Below, piece after piece: positions 41,264-53,260 of a stretch of 64,000 nt of DNA. The stretch comes from Paraspadella gotoi. Taxonomy: Eukaryota; Animalia; Chaetognatha. The first letter of the stretch is position 1; each line of letters opens with the position of its first letter. The stretch is taken from NCBI GenBank assembly GCA_051294375.1, contig CM119268.1:5316496-5380495 (forward strand). Direction: 5' to 3'. The position numbers and the translations under genes were made by a program. The notes below the pieces were generated by a model, which was not told where the DNA came from, made no database searches, and saw nothing but the letters and a program-made list of their open reading frames with translations.

Positions 41264-44200
41264 ATGATTTCCCGCGACGACGCCGAATGTCCCGTCGAAT
41301 CCAAGCTCTGGGGTGGGCGATTCGCCGGCGCTACCCACGAAGCGTTGGAGAAGCTGAACGCCTCCGTGGATTTCGATCGGCGTCTCTGGCGCGAAGACGT
41401 CCAAGGCAGCAAAGCCTACGCCGCCTGCATTCATCGAGTGGGGCTTTTGACGGACGAAGAGCTCGAGAAGATGATTCGAGGTTGGCTTGCCTCTCGGAAA
41501 AGATGGATGATTTTGTCTCTCTCTCTCTCTCTTTCACACACACACACACACACACAGACAAATATATGTATTACATTCCCACCCTCCCGTCTCCCAAGGC
41601 CTCTCCGCCGTCTCGGCCGAGTGGGAGACCGGCTCCTTTGTCCTCGTTCCCAGCGACGAAGACATTCACACGGCGAACGAGCGACGCCTCGGGGAAATCA
41701 TCGGCGCCGACGTCGCCGGAAAACTTCATACCGGCCGATCGAGAAACGATCAGGTTTGAATAATTTTTCCCAGATGTTTAAAGAGGTTTAAAGAGATGGT
41801 TAAAGAGGTTTCCGCTTGGACCAAACACAATCTTGTATGAGGGATTAACTGACCGTAGCCTGTTTAAAGTCGAGGGTAAGATAGCTTCCCAAATAAATGA
41901 CTGGATAACTTCTATATTGGTTGTAGCAATTTCTTTCAACAACTACCAAAACCTTCAAGGTGGCCGTCGACTCTCGACTCTGGACGAAAGGCGCCGTGGA
42001 ATCCATGAGAGCGGAAGTTGTCTGCCTTCTCCGTGCGATGGCCCGACGGGCGCGGGAGCAGCTGGACGTCCTGATGCCGGGATACACCCACTTGCAACGG
42101 GCGCAGCCGGTGAGGTGAGACTATTTATATCGATGATGATTTTTCTCTTCTTTTCATTTGCTTCTCATATGGAACCATTGGCTGATTTTCTCTTGTTTTT
42201 ATTTGCTCCTCAGGTGGAGCCATTGGCTGATGTCCCACGCCTTCTACATCCTCGCCGATCTACGCTCCCTCGAGTCAATGCTCGACTCGCTAGACGAGTG
42301 TCCTCTCGGCGCCGGAGCTTTGGCCGGAAATCCTTTCGGGGTCGACCGAGAGGCGTTGGCCAAGGAGTTGGGGTTCGCCAGGGCCTCGCCCAATAGCATG
42401 AAGGTCCACAATAGTACCTTATTCAGCCTGCGGCACCCCGCGGGAAGCCGTAAGAGTTAGAGTCGGGCCGAGAAGGCGCAAGGAACGGACGAAAGAGACC
42501 AACGATCGCAGCCACGGCGGGCGGGGCGAAGCAGGCGTCCGAAAACAATGGGGGGGGCGGTGGGGGAAGTTAGAATCTGATCTACAGGGACTCAAATGGC
42601 ACGTACTGCGAAGACACATCAGGCCACCATCTCCGACGCAGCTGCTCTCCCATCTACCCTTGTGTGCAAAAAGGACTCACCTCGTTGGATTCCACGGAGT
42701 CCTGAGGCAGAATAGTTACGTCACTGTTTTTTTTTAACCATGCAATTCGAACAAATTTCACATCCTGTACAGTTTCTAGTATATTTTTTAAGAGCTTAAA
42801 CGATTAACCAAGTCTCGTCAATCAGATTTGCATTAGACCGCACAATTTACCGGAAGTTGGCGTTGGACTACAATATGTTAATTTTTTATTTTAACTACAA
42901 ATGAAAAGTTGCGTAGTTTTTTACGTAGCCTGCATTACTGAGACAAAAAATGTTATAAAGGGTTTTATCATAGTGGGCGTGTCCCAAACCGGAAATAGTG
43001 TCGATAATCAATTAAATATGTATTATTAAAAGTTTTTTCTATTTCAGACTGCCTAATGTTTTCTGTTATATAACAGTTTTATCACAAAGAATTATCATCC
43101 TTCATCATAAAAAAATTCCTATTATTTATCAATTATTACATCTTAAAAAGATTTGTTTTTTAATAGCCAAAGACTTTAACTTGTACTGTAAATATTCAAA
43201 ATTTATTTTCAATTTCTTTCAATTATGAGACTTTGCTAATTTTTAACAATTCCTGGTTTTTAATTTTTATCCCCTCTACTATTTAATTTTTTTCATCGGT
43301 AATTTTTTTACTGTCATACCATTTTTTTGGTTCAAAACTATAGCCGGAAGTAGGTCCTTTTCATAAGTTTTTATGTAAATTCTTCTAGAGAGGAATAGCC
43401 CTATTATTAAGTTTTTCCAGGTGAGAGGAGTAAGAGAAAACATATCCATGGCATCAAAAAGTTAATCAGAGTATAATTTTCTTTTCTTTTCCTTATTGTG
43501 GTATTCTTTTTCGTTTCGTTGTGTTTGGCTTATTTAAGCGAAAACAAAGTTTAGATTTGTACTACAACATTTATTTAATTAGAAACAGAATGTTTCGACT
43601 TTTGCTCGAGTCTTCATCAATGTTTTTTGACGGAATATCAACACTTTTTGCAAATAGTAAATGTGAGAGAGAGAAAGAGAGAGAAGAAAGAGAAGAGGAG
43701 AGAGAGACCACATATGGTGGACAGGAAGAGTGGTCAGAGGTGAGACAGAAGTGAAATGGTCAAACACAGAGAGAGAGAGACAGAGAGGAGAGGGAAGTAC
43801 ATATGATACATTTTTCTTTTCCTTGAAAAACCTTTAATCCAGCAAAAAAAATTATCATTTATTACCTATTATGTGACATCCTTTCTTTCGTCGCGTTTTT
43901 GGAATTATAAAGAGTTTGAAGTAGTTCAAGCAACGATTTTTCTTTAAACAGTGAAAATGGTTTTTTTTCAATATCTATCTCTCTCTCTCTCTTGGCCTAA
44001 CCTAACTGTCTTCACCTCGAACCTCTATCCTTTTCTCAATCTTTGTTAAAAATTTTTCTCTCTCTCTTTCTCTCTCTCTCTTCCCTTACTCGCACCTAAT
44101 TTCCACTCTCTCTTCCTTTCTCTCCTCTCTCTCCCAAATATTTTTGTGAAGTAAAAAAAACTGTTGACAATTTCTAAATCGCATGAAGACTTGAATAAAG

Positions 44201-47200
44201 GCCTTGATAGGTTCATGTAGATTTACAGGTTCATTTTTATACTTTCTGCTATATTTTGATCTTAAAACAAATCATTTTTCAAGGCAGTTCTTTTGTATTT
44301 TGCGCTCTCTCTCTTTTCTTCTCTCGTCTCTCTAACATGACTTTTTCTGGAACAATTTACCTTTACTCTGGACTGCTTTAAAAATGATTAGTTCATAAGG
44401 AATCAAAATGATTTGCAAAAAAGTAAGAAAATTATAACTTATAAATCCCACCCGAATTGCTGATTACTAAATATTTTTTTTATTCTTAGTTATATGCTCT
44501 AATACTAACTCATTAATTTCCTGTGCAATGATGTTTCTTCAACCAACGAATAAAGAAATTAATATTAATTTCTGAATTTTAACAGTTACTAAGAAACGAT
44601 ATTTGTGACTGATATTTATTTTGTATATTTGAGCTATAATAGTTTTTTATGATATATATTGATAATTCTTTGTTAGACAACTGTTACGAAATAACTATCT
44701 TTAATAAATATATTAATCATGCTCGGTTTTTCTAATTATATTGTGTAAACCCACTGTTTCGTCCTTCAAACATGATAATTGAAGTACAATCAGGTGTGGA
44801 AGAGGTTGTCGCCGGTCAGTTTGTCGTCTGCCTCGTCACCGCCTGTCCGTTCAACCGTTTGTCAGTTTTTGTGTCATTTTCGTCAGTATTTTGACGGTTA
44901 TTGACAAGTAAGTCCTCTGGGCGCATTTTTTGCATACTCAGCTTTTAAAATATTTCTTCCTTTCCTCTTTCCATCCCCTGCGACCGGATTATTTTAGTTG
45001 TTATTTCTAGAAACATGCTCAAGGTATTTGGTATGCTTGACATACCCAATAGCGGGGGTGTTACGAAATAACTATCTTTAATATTGCGAGAAATCCAGCT
45101 TCTCTACCTTTGTCCCCCGTTTGCTCTTTTGCTCTTTATTACTTTGACATCGAAAATTGCTGCCATTCTAGCGATCGACACGAATCTTTAGGCTCTTTCT
45201 TTTGTTCTACTTAAGTACAGAATCCGAAGGCAGTGTACAGCTGATTCTGATTTGGTGCCGTGATCGATAGATTTCGATTAAATTCTTATCGAATTTCTAC
45301 CCACGTGGCATCTTCAGATCTCAAAACGTTGTCACTGGTTTTTAGTTCTTTTCAGAGCATAGAAACTTTATCAGATATCTTCGGATTTTATTTTTTGTGT
45401 GATCGCTGCTTTGGTTGGAACTTTTCTATGAGAGAAGCATCTCTTTTTGTGTTTAATATTGGCTTTCGAAACAAGTAAGAAAAGACACTTTAAAATTTTA
45501 TATATATTTGCTGAGTTTGTGATAAAGTTTTGCTTACTCTTTGCCCCAGACTTCTAACTACAACTACAGCTACAATTCAAAGCTACTCCTTCTACAGCTA
45601 CTACAAGCTACGACTCCTACTACAAGCTATAAAGACTACTTCAACGACTACAAGCTTTACAGACATTTCGTCAGTCCTGTGGGCTTAGTGGGACAGTGTC
45701 ATTTCGGCCTTAGCCGAACGGTCGTCTACTGAGACTTTGTCGTCAGCATTTCCTCCAGGGGTCTGGACCGGCGCCATCTCTCTTGCTGCGCCATTTTATA
45801 CCCAATTCCATCTGGTCTTCAATGCGCAGAATTAGTCCAGTCAGTTAGATTCAAAGACGCCACTTCTCCGAACTTAGTTCAAAACAACACTATAATTGAC
45901 AAAAAAAAACATTATATTTATAGTTGTCAAAAAACTATTAATATTGCTATTTTATCAGTTTTTGAGCGTTTATTTCCGGGTTTGGACACTCCCACCTATG
46001 GGTAAGAAGCTTTTTTTAAAAAAAATTTTAAAGTAAAACTTATTAAATAATGAAGTAACTTAAAATTTAGGCAATTATTATTTTTATAAAAACTTTTCTT
46101 ATCTTGCATTAAAAAAAGAAGAAAAATTCCATGTTGTAGTCAACGTCAACTTCCGGTCAATTGGTGCGTAGGTCTACGCAAAATCTGATTGAGGGAGACC
46201 TTGTTAATCGTTTTAAGCACTTAAAATTATACTAAAACGTACAGGATTGTAAAAAATTTTCGACTGCATGGTTAAAAAAAAACCAGTGTTAAATAGTTAC
46301 TTATTCAGCTGCAGCACCCCGCGGGAAGCCGTAGAGTTAGAGTCGGGGCCGAGGAGACCCAGGACGACCTAACCCTACACAGCCATATAAGGGGACCCCC
46401 CTAAAACAATCACCCGTACCTTAAACCACCCAAAACTCAATCCAGACCTGAAAAAGCAGCGGGACCAAAACCCTTCGGGAGTATTATCCTAAAAAGTGTT
46501 AGATACACCGCCATAAAATGGAGAAACACAAAGAGAACTATGGTGAGGAGGGACGGTTGTGCCAGATGGAGAGGGAAGGGAAACAGGTAGAGACAACCAA
46601 ACCGGGGTGGCAAGATGGAGGGAGAACGGAAGGAAAGAGATGAAAGGGAAGTCAGGTGAGGGACAACCAACCTGGGTTGGCAAGGGGATATCAAAAGAAG
46701 GAGATGAAGAGGGGAGCCAGGAGGGGGACAACCAACCCGGGGGGAAGAGGGCGCAAAAAGAAAAGACAAAGAGGGGAGACAGGTGGGGACACACAACCTC
46801 TTGGGTGGCAAGAGGGGACGTCGAAGAAAGGAGACAAAGAGGGGAGTCAGGAGGGGGATGAACAACCTGGGAGGGGACAGGGAGGGAGAGGGGCCTGAGG
46901 AGGAGGGGGAGGAAAGGAGAGCTTTAGATAATTGAGGAGAGCAATCCGCGGGGTAGCAGAGAGCCTCAGAGCAGGGAGCGGGAGGGGGAAAGGGAGGGCG
47001 ACGGGAAGGTAAGCGGGAGAGGGAAGAGGTCTCATAAAAACTGGACAGGAGGGGAAACGAATGCTGAAACAGCAATGCAAACAAACGCATCGCCCATGCA
47101 AGGGCTCACCTGATTGACAAAACGCCTGCAAGATCAGCGGCATCCATTAAGCAAGAAAGCAACCATCTCTGCATTAATTAAAGAAAATACAAAATACATA

Positions 47201-49952
47201 ACATGCCTGTAGCATACCGCCACAGGTACAGTAATCAAAACAAAGGGCGGTTCGAACTAAGAAAACAAAACGAAAGGAAAATATTGCGAAAATTCACTTG
47301 CAGCGAAGGAACAGAGACGAGCCAACATGGCAACCTGACCACATTTGAAAGCAGGAAGCGGTATTCAGATCAAATCCTTCGCTAGGACTAGAGGAGGCCA
47401 AGAAGGAGGAGCAGGAAGGGCCAGAAGGGGAGGCAAACACGAGGAGCAACACCCTGCTTGCCTTGGGCACGGAGGTAAGGGTTTGGCGAAAAAACCTTCT
47501 GCATACGGCGAATGATAACAGAACCGGCATCGCCCGAAAGTTCCGAGTAGACGAAACTGGCGGCCCCACCGGCACTCGATGCAATGAGAACCTCGAGCTG
47601 AGAGATCATGCTCTGAAAACAGACTTGACCACCATACCAGAGCGCCTCTTAGAACTGGGAGGAGGCTGGTGTTCACGGTAAGAGTAGAGGCACTGAATAA
47701 GGTCAAGATCGCGGAATAATCACCAAAATCGCCGCATTTCATTTTCATCTCGCACGATGCGCAGTGCGCGCTTGCGCAGCAAACGCATCTCCGGGGTGGC
47801 GACCTTAGAAAAGGCCCTGACAAGACAGGAGTCAGGAGCGCAAAGACTTGACCGCTCATGCGACTCAGCTCCAGAATCCACATCCGTTTCACCGACGTCC
47901 GAGCTCGAGACGTCATCCGAGGAATCCACATCGTAGGCTACAACTTCTTAGACTTGGAGGAGGCGGCTCCAGCGGCAGACTCAGACGTCGAGGCGCGGAA
48001 GCAGGGGCTTGTCCCAACGAGACTTCTTGGAGGACGGTTTGACAGCACCGAGAAAGTCGCCGGGCACACACGGCGAAATAGCCCCTTCACGCGAGAAGAA
48101 TCCAGACCCTTGGAGCAGTCGACTGACTTCCGAATAGAGAGCAGACACCCCGCAAAACTGCTCACGGCCATCGGCGGAGTCGGGGTCGGTAAGGCGGAAG
48201 GATTGGACGTCGCGATACCCATTACGACCAGCTTGGCCACCATCTCGGTGGAAAGACCGTAGTGGAAACAGACATATTTGAAGTCCAAGGGCATCCGCAA
48301 TTTGAGCCGTAGGGACAAAACCCCTCTGGAAAGGGGGTCACAGCGACGTTGACATCAGACGGAGGAGAAAGCGACATGATCGCAATAACAATGTCTCGGA
48401 ATTTAGATAATTAAGAAACCTGTAGTAAACTAGAGAGAGGCAAGCATATAAACGCAAACAGAAATAAAATAGTAAAGAGTCCGAAACCCGGAGTGGTCAA
48501 CAATGTCCAAGCAACAGGCGGCGACGAGCGGCCCGGTGAGCAAAAGACTCACCTCGTTGGCATCCCACGGAGTCCTGCAGGCAGAATAGTACAGACGATC
48601 GAAGTGGGTGAAAAAGGATGTAATAATAGAAAAGATTAAAGAGTAAGATAGAGTGGAATACAGTTGAATTGAATGGATTGGGATGAATGAATGAAGTGGA
48701 AAATAATAGTGAATATAATGGAATGTAAAGTTTCCTATCCCTTCCTCATTATCTTTTTATTTCCCGCTCTTTCTATCCTCTTCTCTTTCTCTCTTCTCCA
48801 CATCTTCCCTCCCATCCTCCCTTTGCCCCCCACTTCCCCCACCTCAGCGACCAGCGACCGTGACTTCATTCTCGACTTCCTCTACTGGTCTTCCAAATCC
48901 GCGACCCACTTGAGCCGACTCGCCGAAGACATCATCATCCACTCGACCAGCGAGTTCGGGTTCGTCCGCCTCGCCGATGCATTCTGCACCGGGAGCAGCC
49001 TCATGCCGCAGAAGCGCAACCCGGACTCGCTCGAACTGATCCGCGCCAAGGCCGGTCGCATGACGGGACGGTTGACGGGTCTCTTGACCACGATAAAGGG
49101 GACGCCCTCGACTTATAACAAGGACTTGCAGGTGGGAGGGTGGAGAGAGATTGAATTCTGAGAGATGATCGAGATTGTAACGCATCGAATTAAAAAAAAA
49201 AATCTTTAAAACATGAAATTCAAATCTGAAAGTCTCTTTAGGATTAGAAACGCTATTATCTTACGTATAAACATATTTTATGGTTGTTAACCCGATTAAG
49301 TTTCTTCTTTTCATTTGAATATTGCATAACATATATAGCATCGGTAAAGATTATTTATCTCATCTTTTAGTTTTACAAAATCGGTTTTCTTTCAAGTATT
49401 TATTTATTTATTAATTGTACTTTTTAAAAATTCTTTTTCTTTGCACCCACAGGAGGACAAAGAATGTCTCTTCGACGCCTTCGACACGATGATCTCCGTC
49501 TTCCGCGTCGCCGCCGGCGTGGTCGATTCGCTCGTCGTCGACACCGCCCGCGCCCGCGACGCCCTCTCGCCCGACATGCTCGCCACCGACCTCGCCTACT
49601 TCCTCGTTCGTCGGGGCGTGCCGTTTCGGGCGGCCCACGCTCGGGCCGGAGAGGCGGTAGCCCTCGCGGAGGCTCTGAACCCGCGACGTCCCGATCTGGC
49701 CAAGCTGACGACGGAGCAGCTCAAGTCGGTGCATCCCGCTTTTGACGATCAGGTCCGAGGGAAAGGGGATTTGTTTAATTGACTTATATGATTCGAGCCG
49801 ATCAACCAATGAATTCAATCAACCAATCAAACCTTCAGGTTCGCACCGTCTTCGACTTTGAGGCGAGCGTGGAGCAGTACGACGTTCTTGGTGGGACGGC
49901 GCGTGCTCGCGTGCTGGAGCAAATTGAAGAGATCGAGGCTGCGCTAAAGTGA
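41264..49952 (+). CDS. ASL: Argininosuccinate lyase, spliced
   Basis: Exons ~41264-41480, 41599-41753, 41960-42114, 42214-42403, 48848-49131, 49453-49752, 49839-49952. Motifs [86 protein letters not shown]. The exon 4/5 junction is out of phase by 1 nt as assembled. Confidence 0.95.
42720..46291. mobile_element. Non-autonomous DNA transposon with ~350-400-bp imperfect TIRs (CACTG...CAGTG), flanked by 9-bp AATAGTTAC
   Basis: 42722-~43075 is the reverse complement of ~45885-46288 (CACTG-T10-AACCATGC vs GCATGGTT-A10-CCAGTG; CATAGTGGGCGTGTCCCAAACCGGAAATA vs TATTTCCGGGTTTGGACACTCCCACCTATG). AATAGTTAC at 42711-42719 and 46292-46300. Confidence 0.82.
47290..48377 (-). pseudogene. Degenerate gag-like ORF with C-terminal zinc knuckle
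   Basis: Chain of frameshifted minus-strand ORFs. TGCTTTCAAATGTGGTCAGGTTGCCATGTTGGCTCGTCTCTGT becomes CFKCGQVGHLARLC (CX2CX4HX4C) after correcting single-base indels. Confidence 0.6.
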
Positions 49953-50430
49953 CTTCGCGCCAATAACTCTTTAGGAGAATGAATCAAACTCGCCCTTTTT
50001 TGTCTCAAGTGTGATTTTTGGTGGAACTTTTATGCCACTACGTATACTCCAATTTGATTATTGTTTTAGCTGTTACTTGCCGGTCCTTGTCGCGTTTTGC
50101 TTGGGGTGTCAATCATTTATCGTTAACTTTGACTTTTTGAGTCATTTTACCATATTTTAGGGGAAAACTTACCCGACCTTTTTTTTCATACAAATACCTA
50201 TGTTTTTTCTGTTTTTTCGATTTTCTTATTGTTTAAACAATATTGTGCAATATTATCTCATATTGTCCAACTTGGTTCATTCGTTATAGCTATTTTTCTT
50301 CTGCCTTAACATCAATGATGCTCTTTAGTCTTTTTCTTCAAGCGACATTTTATTTTTAAGGTCTTTTCTTTAGACAACAACCTTGCTAAAAAAAGATTCG
50401 ACTGAACTCTTGATCCGGAACCCGACAGCC

Positions 50431-53260
50431 ATGGGATCGCTCTTCCGTTCAGAGGAGATGGCCCTGTGCCAGATGTTCCTCCAGTCCGAAGCGGCCTACG
50501 CTTGCGTGTCCGAGCTCGGCGAGCTGGGTCTGGTCCAGTTCCGCGACCTCAACCCGGATGTAAACGCCTTCCAACGAAAATTCGTCAACGAGGTTCGTCG
50601 CTGCGACGAGATGGAGAGAAAGTTGCGTTTCTTAGAAAAGGAGATTCGCAAGGACGAGATTCCGATGCTGGACACAGGAGAGAATCCCGACGCGCCGCAG
50701 CCTCGGGAGATGATCGATCTCGAGGCCACCTTCGAGAAGCTGGAGAACGAGATGAAGGAAGTCAACACCAACGCCGAGGCGCTCAAGAAGAATTTCCTCG
50801 AACTCACAGAGTTGAAGCATATTCTGCGCAAGACGCAGTTGTTCTTTGAAGAGTCGGAGCGCAACGTGGTAGAAGATGCTCAGACGGCTTTGGCTACGGA
50901 AGCCGTCGACGGGATCGCTCCGGGTGTTGCCGCCGGGTCTCCCTTGCGTCTTGGATTCGTCGCCGGCGTTATTCTTCGCGAAAGGCTTCCCGCCTTCGAG
51001 CGCATGCTATGGCGCGCCTGCCGTGGCAACGTATTTCTGCGCACGGCGGAGATCGACGCGCCATTGGAAGATCCCGTGACTGGAGATCAAGTTCACAAGT
51101 CCGTCTTCATCGTCTTCTTTCAAGGCGATCAACTCAAGACGCGCGTCAAGAAGATTTGCGAGGGATTCCGCGCCACACTCTATCCTTGTCCGGAGACGCC
51201 GGCTGAGAGGCGCGAGATCGCCGTGGGCGTGATGACACGCATCGAGGATCTCAACACGGTCTTGGGACAAACGCAGGAACATCGTCATCGCGTCCTCCTC
51301 GCCGCCGCAAAGAACATCAAAGTTTGGTTCATCAAGGTGAAGAAGATCAAAGCGATTTATCACACGCTCAACCTATTCAATCTCGACGTGACCCACAAGT
51401 GTTTGATCGCCGAGTGTTGGGCCGCCGTCACAGATTTGGAAAAGGTTCAAATGGCTCTGCGTCGCGGAACCGAGTCTTCGGGGAGTTCCGTCCCTTCCAT
51501 CCTGAATCGGATGTCGACCAAGCAGACGCCGCCCACTTTTCATCGGACCAACGTCTTCACGGCGGCGTTCCAAGAGATCGTGGACGCATACGGCGTCGCC
51601 AATTATCGGGAGGTCAATCCGGCGCCGTTTAGCATCATCACTTTTCCCTTTCTCTTCTCCGTGATGTTCGGAGACGCTGGCCACGGATTCATCATGTTCC
51701 TCTTCGCTCTCTTTATGGTGCTGAGGGAACGGCATTTTCTCGCCAAGAAGAGCGACAACGAGATATGGAACATCTTCTTTGGAGGGCGTTATGTCATTCT
51801 CTTGATGGGCATCTTTTCCGTCTACTCTGGTCTGCTCTACAACGATATCTTTTCCAAATCGGTCAACATCTTCGGTTCGTCTTGGATCCCTGGCGACGTC
51901 TACACCGAAGAGCGGTTGGAGAAAGAGAAAGAGTCCATCATGCTGAACCCCAACGATTCCTTCACGGGCTCGCCGTATCCCTTTGGTCTTGATCCCGTCT
52001 GGCAATTGGCCGAGAATAAGATTCTCTATCACGATTCACTGAAGATGAAGTTGTCCGTCATCTTTGGCGTCTCTCAGATGCTCTTCGGAACGACTCTTTC
52101 ACTGTTTAATCACAGGTGAGTGTGAGAGGGGAGAATCTCGCCTCACTTCTGATCCTTCAGAAAAAAAATCTTACGACGTTACATGATAGATGATTTCCAG
52201 ATGACACTAACATCAATTAACAACTAAAATTTAAATAGTATCTCAAATATTTATGAAATTGGTACAACCCATAGGCTATAAAAAGTTATCCATTCATTTG
52301 ATAATTAAGCTGTCTTGCCCCTACTTTCGACAGTCTATTTGACAAATAGTAAAATAAGTAATCTTGCAATTTTCATGTATCGTCTCGGAATAAAAAAAAA
52401 TATTAATGATGCTTTTTCATATTAACAGATACTTCAACAGACCGTTGAATATCACGTTCCAGTTCATTCCGGAAGTGATCTTCATCAGCGTCACCTTCGG
52501 CTACTTGGTCATCCTTATCTTCGCCAAGTGGCTCAGCTCCTATTACTTCGAGTACTCCAACGAAGCTCCCTCTCTCTTGATCGGCCTCATCAACATGTTC
52601 CTCTTCAAATACGACGAGAAGAATCTCGACATTTCGGCTCAAACTTGGTTCACCGGCCAAAAGGCTCTCCAAATTATCTTCGTCCTAACGGCGCTGGCCT
52701 GCGTTCCCACGATGCTGTTCGTCAAGCCCTACATCCTTTACAAGAGGCACCAAGCTAGGAAAACCCAGATGTCAGGCGGAATGGGCAACGACGAGAACGC
52801 GGAGGTCGTTCACCACGACCAGCTGCAGCCGCAGGAGGCGCAAGAGGAAGAGGAGTTCGACATTGGCGACATCGCCGTCAAACAGGCCATCCACACCATC
52901 GAGTATTGTCTCGGGACCATCTCTCACACGGCCTCTTACCTGCGATTGTGGGCCTTGTCCCTGGCCCACGCCCAGCTCTCTGAGGTGCTGTGGAACATGG
53001 TATTGCGCATCGGTCTTTCTTGGCCCGGATGGGTCGGCGGAGGTCTGGTCGCCGGCACCTTCGCGTTTTGGGCGGTGCTGACCATCGCCGTTTTGCTGCT
53101 CATGGAAGGCCTCTCCGCCTTCCTTCACGCTCTTCGTCTTCACTGGGTAGAGTTTCAATCAAAGTTCTACACTGGAGAGGGATACAAGTTCCAACCCTTC
53201 TCCTTCACCACCATCATCGACTTGCAATCTCCTGGCGGAAACGATTTGCAGGAACGCTGA
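50431..53260 (+). CDS. ATP6V0A1: V-type proton ATPase V0 subunit a (116 kDa; Vha100/ATP6V0A1-like)
   Basis: Two exons, 50431-52115 and 52429-53260. Motifs [85 protein letters not shown] (essential Arg), [18 protein letters not shown]. Confidence 0.97.

Larger units (their letters stand above)
42410..48592 (-). mobile_element. Non-autonomous split-direct-repeat (Ngaro/PAT-like, DIRS order) retroelement, gag-only, interrupted by a TIR element
   Basis: Minus-strand order A1(48541-48584)-gag-B1(46301-46370)-A2(42667-42710)-B2(42418-42490). AATAGTAC at both outer ends. Frameshifted CCHC knuckle at 47311-47353. No RT or recombinase ORF seen. Confidence 0.65.

Noticed and set aside
46437-47143. RT or tyrosine recombinase ORF in the split-repeat element
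   Set aside because: Low-complexity purine/pyrimidine-skewed sequence; no YxDD or R-H-x-x-R-Y motifs visible.
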